DNA of 63,053 nt, filler included, from Pelomyxa schiedti (lineage: Eukaryota > Protista > Evosea): assembly GCA_020536535.1 (NCBI GenBank). It is 16 parts of 16 records of this genome, joined end to end, with 100 filler letters (N's around TTAATTAATTAA, not from the genome) between each part and the next. Parts side by side here need not be neighbours in the genome. Positions count along the whole stretch, not along the records: positions 17,261 to 36,275 come from JAHLWZ010000409.1; positions 36,376 to 37,587 come from JAHLWZ010002692.1; 14 more parts are not named here. One strand, given 5' to 3'. The notes beneath the pieces were generated by a model, which worked only from the letters and a program-made list of their open reading frames with translations, was not told where the DNA came from and did not search any database. Position 1 is the first letter of the stretch. Each line of letters starts with the position of its first letter. A program made the position numbers and the translations under genes. Below, in pieces: positions 26,353-37,687 of the stretch.

Positions 26353-29300
26353 ATGACGACCAGCACTGCAGCGACTCCCAGCGTTTTCGGGATGCCGCTG
26401 GGTCGCGCGGTGCCGCAGGGATCTACGATCCCGGACCCGGTGGAGCGCACGCTCGACATCCTCAACGCCATCGCCCCGGTGCAGAGCGACCTCTTCGCCA
26501 CGTCGCCTGCCGTCGACGCCGCGGTGGCCGCACTAAAGGAAAAAACGGAGGAGTACAATAGTTTGCCGGCGCAGGCGAGGACGGGGGAGCACCCTATCTT
26601 GTTGGAGGAGAACCCGCAGGTAATTCATTATTATTGTTATCTTTGACTGGTGTACTCCTTTTTTTCTTTTTTTTTTTTTTTCGTTTGCTGGCAAAAAAAA
26701 AACCGGCTATGTGCGAGCTTTAAGATGTGATTATTTTTCGAGTTGCACAATTTTTAAAAATTAAGTAAGTTTATATTGTAGAAAATAGTTTAACAGTTTG
26801 GGATTTCCAGGTAGTTGCTGGCTTGTTGGTGTTGTATTTTAAAATGCTGCCTCACCCAGTGGTGCCACCCAAATTTTATTGGACTTTCGTTAGAGTCATT
26901 TCCATGACTAATACACGTGCAAAGCTGGCTCAATTGAGAATTCTTCTTCACAAGCTACCTCCGGTACTCTGGTTACATTTTCTTCTGGTTTCACCTTTTA
27001 TCTAGGTTTGCAAAACCATAATTTTGCAACTGGGCTCTTTTTTCAATGCATCCCAACTGCCAGCGGAACAAATTGGTTTGATTTTCGCTAGATATCTGCT
27101 AAGGCCAACAGTTGAGTTACCTGAGGCAACCCCTGCTCCTTGCTTAAGAGTGGTTGCTTTATTGTGTGAGAACAGTGAGTATCTGAATATCCACACTGTA
27201 TGTCCCAAGGTAATTCCACTTCTACTAATCTTGGAAAGGAAACACCAACATTGGATGCCGCGGCACAAGCTGAACCAGAGAACCCTGCCGAATTCAAACT
27301 TGAAGCGATTGCTCTTTTTGATTATTCTGGTATTTTCACCTCCAACTTGCACATACTTATGTACCCAGATCCTGACCCAAACATACTGAAGTTCTCAAAA
27401 AATGACCGCATCCAATTGGTTGATATTCACCCAGATGACTGGCTGGAAGGAGTATTACGTGTTGGAGGAGTGCCAGGTGTGGCAGGGTTTCTACCTGTTG
27501 GCTACGTTGACATCATACCAATGAACCCTCCTGTTGCAAAAGTGGGGCGTGGTGTTGCNNNNNNNNNNNNNNNNNNNNNNNNNNNNNNNNNNNNNNNNNN
27601 NNNNNNNNNNNNNNNNNNNNNNNNNNNNNNNNNNNNNNNNNNNNNNNNNNNNNNNNNNACTGGCTGGAAGGAGTATTACGTGTTGGAGGAGTGCCAGGTG
27701 TGGCAGGGTTTCTACCTGTTGGCTACGTTGACATCATACCAATGAACCCTCCTGTTGCAAAAGTGGGGCGTGGTGTTGCTCCGCCACCAGTGGGACGGGG
27801 TCGTGCACCTCCTCATCCTGGCCAGCCCCATATGGTTCCTATCCCCAAAGCTTCTCCTTCCCCTGCTGTAACACCACACCCCCCTGGTCCCGTCTCACCT
27901 ACACCCACCCCAACACCCATCGTGTCCCCTACCCCCACTGCAAGCCCAACTCCAAACCAGCCACAAGCACAGCCAACAGTGGTATCTTCCCCTACAGTGG
28001 CAACATCTACACCCACACCAACGCCCGCTCCAGTGCCTCAAGCAACACCGACACCGTCAGGCCCTACGCCAACACCTCTGGCAACATCAGGGCAGACATC
28101 AGCTCCCACACCGGCACCTACACAAACACCGACGGCAATAATGACGCCAACGCCGACGCCAACAACACCGGCGCCCACTCCCACTCCAACACCAACACAA
28201 GCGCCAACGCCAACTCCAACTCCAACTCCAGCGCCACTGCCAACAGCAACACCACATAGATCACCTTCACCACCAACCCCTGCGCCACCTGTAACACCAT
28301 CTCCACTGCCACCCACTCCCTCACCCACCCCTACAGTAACTCCAACCCCTACACCTCAATTTCAGCCTGCTCCACCCCCAAATGGTGTTTCTCCTCTTCC
28401 TCCCCCTAAGTCAGGGCCTTCACCACCACCCAAGTCAACACCAACCCCACCACCAAAGGTATCACCTCATACACCCTTACCAACACCGCCGCCTAAAGCG
28501 ATCCCTCCAACTCCACCACCAAAGTCATCTACCGTGCCGCCTCCACAGCCAGTGGCCCCTCCAACTCCTGCCATAGCACCTCCAACAACACCGCCTCCTG
28601 CTTTCGCGCCGCCATCAACCCCCCCACCAACTGCAGCACCACCCTTATCCGGTCCACCACCTCCAGGCCCGCCTTCTTCACTTCCCCCACCTCCAATTGC
28701 ACCACCACCACCACCCAGTGCTCCTCAGGCCAGCGCTGACCCATATGCTTATGATGTGATCCTCCCAATTACATTATTTGACGTGTAATATGTACATATA
28801 GGAGTATGCATTTGATTCTCCTGCCCCAACGTCACCCCAAGTAGAACCCAGTCCAAACCCAAGGGACCCAAGTCAACGGTTGAGTGCTTATGGACTGCAT
28901 GAACCCCCGACCAGACTAAGTGGTGATGGTTTCACTGCTGAACCAGCTAAGGTAAAGTTGATTTTTTCCATACCCTAAATAACTAAATTAGACTGAACAG
29001 TCCAATGGAAATGGAACAAATACTTCTGCACCTCCCTCTCATCCACCTCCCACCTCAGCACCGCCACCACAGCGACCTCCACCAAGTAGGACTGGTGGGC
29101 AAACACAACAAAGACCGGCAACTAAGCCCGCAGGAGCAAGCTCCGATGAGTGGAAAATTGTTGTGGTTGGCTCTGGTGGTGTAGGTAAATCTGCGATGAC
29201 AATATCATTTGTTCAGAATCACTTTGTTGGTATTCCCCATTAAGTAAATACCCTCCCAAAACTCATTGACACGACAGAGGAATATGATCCCACCATTGAG

Positions 29301-29979
29301 GACAGGTTCAGCTTTTCCGTACCTTTTTATAGCATCCTAAAATCACTTCTAGTTACCGCAAACAAATTGGAGTTGATGATGTGCCTTGTATTCTTAATAT
29401 TTTGGATACAGGTAACAATGTGATTTTTTTTTTTCTTCATCTAACTCAATATACATAGCCGGGCAGGAGGAGTATGATGACCCTTATTTCCCGATACAGA
29501 AGAAGCATTAACATTTACCACAGATACTCAGCCATGCGAGACCAATACATGAGGACTGGACATGGCTTCTTACTTGTCTTCTCACTAACAACCCGAGCCA
29601 GTTTTGCTGAGGCCAAGTCGCTTCACGGCCATATCCTGCAGGTTTGTGAGGACAATTCGGTTTTTTCCCAACACTCTCAATACAGGTGAAAGACCTTGAA
29701 CGAGTTCCCCTAGTACTAGCCGGAAACAAGTGCGATCTCCCTGTACTTCAGGTAGGCCTGAATTCCATCCAATGCTTTTTCTCTAATTACCCAACAAAGG
29801 TAACAGCACAAGAAGGGGAGGCCGCCGCTGCCCTATGGGGAGTCCCCTTCCTCGCTACATCAGCCAAGACCAGAACCAATGTAGACGAAGTATTCGCGCA
29901 GCTAGTCAGAGAAATCCGCACTCACCATGTACCCGATGTCGACCCCCGCAAAAAGAAGATGAAGTGCCGATTCCTGTGA
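26353..29979 (+). CDS. predicted RhoGAP(pseudo)-SH3-Pro/Thr-rich-Ras GTPase fusion protein ending in CRFL
   Basis: RhoGAP motifs [22 protein letters not shown] and [14 protein letters not shown]3 ALFDY...LKFSKND...DWLEG...GFLPVGYV. Ras boxes [36 protein letters not shown] and TSAK. Phase-0 introns 28756-28801 and 28952-28991 link the Pro-rich exon in frame to Ras. The domains are near-certain; the fusion is a splice prediction. Confidence 0.75.
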
Positions 29980-30303
29980 GCTTCCGTTCCCACCTGAATG
30001 CCTTCACAAGATACTCCCCATTTCACACAATAATGAGCTATTCCACCCCGTGCCACCCGCTGCCAATCAATTCCTTACCACCATCCCTCCCATCATTGCC
30101 AAACATAGCCTCGTTTGTTTTCTGATGCGGTGTAACACAATAAATAAATTAAAAGGAACCGCGAAAACCTCATGATGCAAAATTACTTTTGACAAATAAA
30201 ATCCATGGATGTGTATCTAAGAAGTTCTGATACCGTTTTTTGTGTTTTTGTGCAGAGGGTTTTTTAAGTACCATAGTAGTGATAAGTACCATAGTAGTGA
30301 TAA

Positions 30304-33300
30304 CTACTGCCTTCGACGTTTGTTTGTTGCTTGTAAACATGAGTCAATGTAAGCTTCTACTTCACGCAGTTGGGCGTCATTATAGGTATCGAGGTCCAGT
30401 TCAAGGTCCTCATCACCCTATTGTAATATGTTAGTTGATAAAGGGTGTAAAAGGGAATGATTAACTATCGGTTGCCGGGTGTTGAGAAGCTCCAGCACGT
30501 GTGTAATCTGCTCAGGTTGAAGTAAATTAATCTTGTCCCCCAGCTCTCTCTTTTCCTCGAGTGTCAGAGGGATGATGGGTAGCCTGAAGGTTTATTAGTT
30601 ACTTGTTATCCGGATTTTATTAATACAAATAAGCTAGTGATATACTTAGCGCCGGGCCGCTTTCTGGTGCTGCTTTGTTCTACTGCTATGGCTGCAACAC
30701 CCGGCAGTGTCGGTGGGGAAACTACTGATGCCTTTAGAGGGGAATTCATCTCTAAATGACTAGCCGCTAGTTTCTTTTCAAAGAAGGCCCGCAAGTCGAG
30801 TGACCATTGATGTATCTCGGTGCCTGGAACGTTGTACATACATGCATTTTTCCAGACCTTGAAAATTGTTTTAGTGGCACGAACAAGCTCTGTATTGTAT
30901 TGGGAACCTGCTGTACATCCTCAACAAAGTCACGTACTTCATTGTACATTCCGGTTTCAAGTTTTTCCTGTGAGTTACTAGTTACTAATGAATAAGTCTT
31001 TATTGCGTTGAGTTCACCTTAATAGTGCCCAGATCCATTGGCTTCTTGATGACTTCAAAGTAATCAGGAGCCCCATCCCTCTGTGGGTTGACAGGTTGAT
31101 TGAACACACTTGCCAGTTTATGCTTCCTCAGAGAATTGATTATGGATTTACAGTTGCGGAGAGCCTTTGCATCAGTTGTGGAAGCGGTTGGTGATTGTAC
31201 AGCTTCAGGGTGTTGTTCTACAGGAGACCGACCTTGTGAAGCATGATGGTCCCGTCTGTGCCGCGCCTTGGGTGCTGCTCGTTCAGGAGTTGGGGTGTGT
31301 AAACCCGCACTTGGTGGTTGGGTTGTGTTGAGAGTGGGCACTAGTTGGGTTTTGATGGGCAAAGCTGCCAAGACAGAAGCTAAATCTTCTGGCTTCAGTT
31401 TACAAAGATGTTGGTATCCAAGTTCATTGGGATTTCTGCTTTAAATAAATCTCAGTGCCACCAAATTCGGGAATTACTGGATGCACAGCATTGCCAAGTC
31501 CACACAAAGTAAAAGATTCTGTGCAAAATTTCCTTGCAAGCGATCCAGTAAAGAAGGAACAACCGAAAGATTATTCCTAGCATAATGGCATAGATAAACC
31601 AGTACTAGTTCCTGTTTGGGAAAATGAAACTAGGCACCGGTCCTATTTCAAGTACCTTAAGCTCCGGTAAATTCAGCTTATTACTAACGGACAGTAATGG
31701 GACGAACGTGTTAAAATCTAAATATGCAGTTTAGGGCGGGAGACCAAGCCAATAAAACCTTGGTTCGTTTCGAGGGAGACAATGTAACCAGTGTATATCC
31801 ACTCTAGAAACAGCTTCCCTGTTGCTACTCTTTTTGGAGACTTCAGTTAGTCCCAGCTTGATGTTAAGCCACACACGTTGTCTCAGGCATTGGAATCATT
31901 GTAAGATTTGGGGAAGCCTGGAAAAGTTGACTGAAGCCCATGCATCTGCATTGTATAAGAACAAAAATATTGTCTGTTGGGTACCTCGCAGCCAGTATAC
32001 ATTTATTGGCCGTCAAGTTGCCATCTGAAAAGGCAAGAGTAATATCTGGGTACAGATTCTTGCGGAAGATCTCTGAGAGAACGGAATCAGTGGGGGAGGG
32101 GAAATTGTCAACAGTTGCAATGTCTCTTAGAGCTTTGAGGGTTACTGTCTTATAGCAGTAAGTGAGAGGCCATACAGGTAAGAATGATTGAAGCAAGAGG
32201 CGTCAGCCCAGTTGAATTCTTCATTGAGAGGCAGGCCATGCTTCCATTTTGCACTAATAAACTCGCAATTTCCATGTGACCTTTGTTGCAAGCAAGATGA
32301 AGTGGGGTGTGACCCTGTTGAGTTGGGGCTGAAGCAAAAAAAAAGTCATGCTAAGAATACAGAAAACGAAGCTTACCATCAACTGCCGCACCCAATGAAA
32401 GAAGAACTTGGGCAGTTTTCAAGTGACCCCTTTTTTTAACAAGGTTTTTTCGTTGTTTTGGTTGTTGAAAGAAACCTGAATACAGCAAAATGCAACGGAG
32501 TCCAAGCATCTACATCACGGACGTTCACTCGTGCACCATACCTATTACCACTCTGTTAAATCGTATGCAATAATTGCTGTACTTGGTAAGGACATTAATG
32601 CACCCAATCTGGCCATTCCTTGCGGCATAATGCATGGCAGACGTTTGATGGGAAGTAATAATATTCACTGAGAAAAGGTAAAAAGATAGAATTCACAGAG
32701 GAAGAAAGATGGTAGCCAGACCATCTGCTCCGTTGGCAGCAAGAAGTTCCAAAGTAAGGGGCTTTCCAAATACAGAGGCATAGTGAATAGCATATTGACC
32801 GTGCTCATCAGGCCGATTTATCATTTCACTGACACTCTTCAGAGGATCGGCACCTGACCTAATTGCGGTATCACGGCATTCAGATAGTATCTCTTTTACC
32901 TGTAACCCATGAGTTAGTTAGCGAAATAATTTCCCCTGTAAAAAAACAAAAAACAAAAAAAAAAAAAAAAAAGAAAGAAAGCCAAAAAAACCAAAGCAAC
33001 AACCCCCAAAAAAACCAAAGCCCCAACACAACAGACGACACCTTGTCAATATCACCAGTCTCGGCAGCCATGTGCAGCACCGACCTCGTTCCACTCACAC
33101 TCTTGTCGAATTTCTTCCAGTTTTCATCCCTGGCGTCCGTAGCGGCCCCCGACGTCGTCATAACCGCCATCCCCCCCGACGCCGCGTCCTGCTGTGTCGT
33201 CGCCCACCCCCCCGCTGCGATCGTCGTGCTAGTGCCGCCGCCGCCGCCGGCGGTGTTGGCCGTGGTGGTGGTGGTGGCAGCAACTACATTGTCGGGCGAC

Positions 33301-33467
33301 GACGTGGTGCGCTGCTGCTGCTGCGTGCTGCTGCTCCCGTCCGTCATCGCCACCATCGCGTTAGAGTCGTGATCTAGCGTCGGTGGCATTGCCGACGACG
33401 ACGCCGGCGTGTCGTTGGGCCGTGGTGGTTGCGTATCAGAAGGCGACGGCGATGTTGCGCTGCGCAT
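30304..33467 (-). CDS. ankyrin-BTB-bromodomain-ET(NET) protein
   Basis: Ankyrins SVLHMAAETG, AIHYASVFG and TPLHLACNKG. BTB YPDITLAFSDGNLTANKCILAAR. Bromodomain VFNQPV...APDYFEVIKKPMDLGTIK...NACMYN. ET LTLEEKRELGDKINLL...LELDLDTY. Confidence 0.87.
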
Positions 33468-33504
33468 CACCACTCGGATTTGGTTTTTGTGTTTTTTTTG
33501 GAGG

Positions 33505-35317
33505 AAGGGGCAAGGTGCTGGTTGGGGATTCGGTGTGTTGTGTAAAAGTACAACCACAACACAGTGAGGGTTAACCAAAACACATTTCTGAAGAATTCCT
33601 CCATCAAGTACGAGAATGTCAGCTACGTTGAGGTTGGTGCCGTTGGGGGCGACGTCGGCATCCCAGTGTGTCACGATAATAGACAGACACCTTGCCGACT
33701 CGTCGGCAGCACCGAACGCGGCCGCGTGGGTCACAAACCTCGCGTCCCATAATGCTGGTGTGTGTTGGCGCATTGCATACAAAGCGGATCCCACTAAAAT
33801 GTAACAATAAGGTAGGATCCGGGAGTTGTGTGGGGGGAAGGAACCGAAGGACACGCCTCGCGAGGAATTGCTGTTAGTTCTTGACCAATTGGTTGCCCAA
33901 ATAGAAGCCCCAAACGTGAGTGCATCACGACGAAGACCGTGCCAAAAATTGTATTACCACTTGGAATTTGGAATTGACGAAACGCAGGTGTTCGACTATG
34001 TGCGTTTAATGGAAGCAATCACTGCCCGCATTGTCGACATCCTCCTTCAAATGTGCCGCGACTTTATCCCTCCGGAAGATCATGCACTTTTCAAACAGAT
34101 TCATCCTGTTCCTGTCATTCCATTTAACGAACCCTGGAGTGCTCAGATTGGTGAGTGCCCCGGATTGAATTTCCTTTTTTTTTTTTGCCTTGTTTACTAA
34201 CAAATCAGTGCAGATATTGCCTTTGAGGGTGGTGGTGAAGGTGGAAACTGTGTGGCCTTTCCGAACCCTAATAATTTCGGAGAGACACAGATAAGGGCAT
34301 GGGTTAGTACACAGCTCCGACTTGGGATGTATGGTTTATTTTTCTGAAGGAAGGACTGGCAGCTAGGCCAGGCAGAACACATCGGGATTTCTTCTTCAGG
34401 TGCTACCGATCAACACCGCACGAGGTATTTGCATCTCTCTCTTGCGGAAGTTATAATCGGTGTTTAGGTAGTGCACTGCTTCCAAAGTAAGCTCAAACAA
34501 TGTGACAAGGGTGGCTGGATAGCGGAACATGATGCAAGGTATAATTTTGAATTAAAGTGTCTAAGATAATCTCGTCAGCTTTTTGAGTGGAACTTTATTA
34601 CAAGTGCTCTTCACTAGTGATGCGGACCATGTTCTCTTCCCAGAAGGTCTCTTTGATGACATCATGCTCAATTGGCATGAAGAAGTACAATTTTTAATTG
34701 CAACCACTGAATGCAAACAAGTTTACATTCCTCTCACAAGGTAGAACATGAAAAGCGGAAGTTCCATCACATGGAATCGGAGTACCTTTCCTGGCGCACT
34801 TCCTGTGGATTCCAGACACCCACCGAGGTAGTCACAGGCACTCCCGGCGCCAGTTACTACTTCAAAAACAGGTACCCAGATAGTAGAAGCCGTAATCCAT
34901 TTTCCCACGTTCACACAAACACAGGATTGCACTGGAAGCCATGACCGCGGACCTGTCAATAGCAGCCGAGGAACTACACCTGTGCTTCGCCACTGTGCTC
35001 CACGGCGACCTGCGCAGTGGTTCTCGTGTGCTGCCCCCATCAGTAATATCCCTCTACACAAGCTCTTCATGACTCCCATTCAATTTGTCAATCAAATCGA
35101 CATGGTGGAGTGCGTGACACTACTCTCCAATCTTCGCCGATCAATAACCCTTCGGGGAACCTTTTTATGTGATGGAGAGGAGCATCGTTCACATCGAAGC
35201 GAGGTCACAAGCGCTGGCTTTTGTGATGTGCCACCACTCGAGGTGCGGGACACTCAGTCCTGCCGGAATACTCCCTGCCACTGTGTTGCGCGATATTTCT
35301 CAGTTATGGGTGACGGC
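33505..35317 (+). pseudogene. decayed unidentified coding sequence with multiple in-frame stops
   Basis: Long reading-frame segments (…KADPTKM*Q*GRIRELCGGKEPKD…, …GLFF*RKDWQ…, …IIGV*VVH…) interrupted by TAA, TGA and TAG. No family recognised. Confidence 0.35.
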
Positions 35318-35417
35318 NNNNNNNNNNNNNNNNNNNNNNNNNNNNNNNNNNNNNNNNNNNNNNNNNNNNNNNNNNNNNNNNNNNNNNNNNNNNNNNNNNN
35401 NNNNNNNNNNNNNNNNN

Positions 35418-36275
35418 ACTGGCTGGAAGGAGTATTACGTGTTGGAGGAGTGCCAGGTGTGGCAGGGTTTCTACCTGTTGGCTACGTTGACATCATACCA
35501 ATGAACCCTCCTGTTGCAAAAGTGGGGCGTGGTGTTGCACCGCCACCAGTGGGACGGGGCCGTGCACCTCCTCATCCTGGTCAGCCCCATATGGTTCCTA
35601 TACCCAAAGCTTCTCCTTCCCCTGCTGTCACACCACACCCCCCCGGTCCCGTCTCGCCTACACCCACCCCAACACCCATTGTGTCCCCTACCCCCACTGC
35701 AAGTCCAACTCCAAACCAGCCACAAGCACAACCAACAGTGGTATCTTCCCCTACAGTGGCAACATCTACACCCACACCAACGCCCGTTCCAGTGCCTCAA
35801 GCAACACCGACACCGTCAGGCCCTACACCAACACCTCTGGCAACATCAGGGCAGACATCAGCTCCCACACCGGCACCTACACAAACACCGACGGCAATAA
35901 TGACGCCGACGCCGACGCCGACGCCAACGCCAACGCCAACGCCGACGCCAACCCCAACACCAACAACACCGGCGCCCACTCCCACTCCCACTCCAACACC
36001 AACACCAACTCCAACTCCAACGCCACTGCCAACAACAACACCACATAGATCACCTTCACCACCAACCCCTGCGCCACCTGTAACACCATCTCCACTGCCA
36101 CCCACTCCCTCACCCACCCCTACAGTAACTCCAACCCCTACACCTCAATTTCAACCTGCTCCACCCCCAAATGGTGTTTCTCCTCTTCCTCCCCCTAAGT
36201 CAGGGCCTTCACCACCACCCAAGTCAACACCAACCCCACCACCAAAGGTATCACCTCATACACCCTTACCAACAC
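35418..36275 (+). repeat. second copy (probably alternate haplotype) of the SH3/Pro-Thr exon at 27659-28475
   Basis: Same protein sequence with mostly synonymous changes and a different number of PT dipeptide repeats. Bounded by gaps. Confidence 0.85.
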
Positions 36276-36377
36276 NNNNNNNNNNNNNNNNNNNNNNNNN
36301 NNNNNNNNNNNNNNNNNNNTTAATTAATTAANNNNNNNNNNNNNNNNNNNNNNNNNNNNNNNNNNNNNNNNNNNNGC

Positions 36378-36776
36378 AAGGCAGAACCAGTCAAGAAGAC
36401 CGAAGCTGCCAAGAAACCCAAGGCAGCAGAGCCCGCCAAGAAGCCCGCAGAGAAGAAGGCCGTTGCTGCCAAGAAGCCAGCAGCTGCTAAGCCCGCTGAG
36501 AAGAAGCCCGCCGCGGAGAAGAAACCAGCAGCTGAGAAGAAACCAGCAGCTGAGAAGAAGCCAGCTGCCGAGAAGAAGCCAGCTGCCGAGAAGAAGCCAG
36601 CTGCCGAGAAGAAGCCCGCAGCAGAGAAGAAGCCCGCCGCTGAGAAGAAACCAGCTGCCGAGAAGCCCGCAGCTGCAAAGAAACCAGCAGCCGAAAAGAA
36701 GCCCGCTGCAGAGAAGCCAGCAGCAAAGAAACCAGCCGAGAAACCCGCAGAGAAGAAGCCAGTATCCTACTACTGA
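36378..36776 (+). CDS. C-terminal part of a Lys/Ala/Pro/Glu repeat protein (EKKPAA units) ending KKPVSYY*; not in the ORF track
   Basis: Open frame from the contig edge with codon-diversified 18-nt repeats. TGA at 36774-36776. Confidence 0.7.
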   Translation, partial: KAEPVKKTEAAKKPKAAEPAKKPAEKKAVAAKKPAAAKPAEKKPAAEKKPAAEKKPAAEKKPAAEKKPAAEKKPAAEKKPAAEKKPAAEKKPAAEKPAAAKKPAAEKKPAAEKPAAKKPAEKPAEKKPVSYY

Positions 36777-37131
36777 ATCCGATCAACTTGTATCCAACAC
36801 AAGCAAACACCCTGATGATACCCGTGTACCCCCAATAAGTTACGGTTAAATGTACTCATAAAACGAAGAATCGTAACGTAATGTCAATACGTATTGAAAG
36901 TAATACGGTGGTGGAGGCGTACCAAAAAAGGCTACGTACGGAGATGATGGGTCGGCAACAAGCTATAAATTAACAAACAACCCATCCTGTAATGTAAACA
37001 ACACCGCCTACGAGTGCTAGTATCCCGCTATGTGCGTGTCTGTTGGTGTTTTGATTTTCGTAACGAAAAAAGAACAGTGTGCAACTCGATCAGGGATGAA
37101 ACTGCTTTCAACAAAAAAAAAAACAGAATTC

Positions 37132-37202
37132 TGCGGGTGCCTGGAATCGAACCAGGGTTTTCAGAGCCACAATCTGAAGTTCTACCTCTAAACTACACCC
37201 GC
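37132..37202 (-). tRNA. tRNA-His (anticodon GTG)
   Basis: GCGGGTG/CACCCGC acceptor stem, TCAGA-TTGTGGC-TCTGA anticodon arm, GGTTCGATTCC T-arm, downstream T-run. No encoded G-1. Confidence 0.93.
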
Positions 37203-37325
37203 AACCTTCAGATGCCTCCGAATATAATTTCAAATCTCCTAAACTAGATAAAAAAAAGGAGGAAAACTCCTCCCCACTAGTAGAGAACCATAAATTGAAG
37301 TCTACCGCCCTTTCTCTTCTGAAAA

Positions 37326-37396
37326 GGCTCTGTTGTTTAGTGGCAGAATACTTGTTTCGGGTACAAGTGACCCCGGTTCGATTCCGGGCAGAGCCC
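37326..37396 (+). tRNA. tRNA-Pro (anticodon CGG)
   Basis: GGCTCTG/CAGAGCC acceptor stem with discriminator C, CTTGT-TTCGGGT-ACAAG anticodon arm, GGTTCGATTCC, followed by T8. Confidence 0.92.
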
Positions 37397-37503
37397 AATT
37401 TTTTTTGAGTTTTGGCTTTGCCCTTGTTTCCAAAAACAACGCCCTATTGGTACTGTGAAGAAAACCTAGAAGCAACACTGGGAGAAAAAGTGTAATCTCA
37501 GTT

Positions 37504-37587
37504 TTAAGACTTCTTGGGATCGGCTGGTTTCTTTTCCGCGGGCTTCTTCTCAGCTGCTGGTTTCTTCTCGGCAGCGGGCTTGGCGGC
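37504..37587 (-). CDS. 3' end of a second EKKPAA-repeat protein (AAKPAAEKKPAAEKKPAEKKPADPKKS*)
   Basis: Same repeat unit as 36378-36776 but a different C-terminus. Truncated at the contig edge. Confidence 0.6.
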   Translation of the reverse strand, partial: AAKPAAEKKPAAEKKPAEKKPADPKKS

Positions 37588-37687
37588 NNNNNNNNNNNNN
37601 NNNNNNNNNNNNNNNNNNNNNNNNNNNNNNNTTAATTAATTAANNNNNNNNNNNNNNNNNNNNNNNNNNNNNNNNNNNNNNNNNNNN

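Noticed and set aside
33794-34500. Stop-codon reassignment suggested by in-frame TAA/TAG/TGA
   Set aside because: Conserved genes here end at TAG (tubulin), TAA (hexosaminidase) and TGA (Ras) and have no internal stops.
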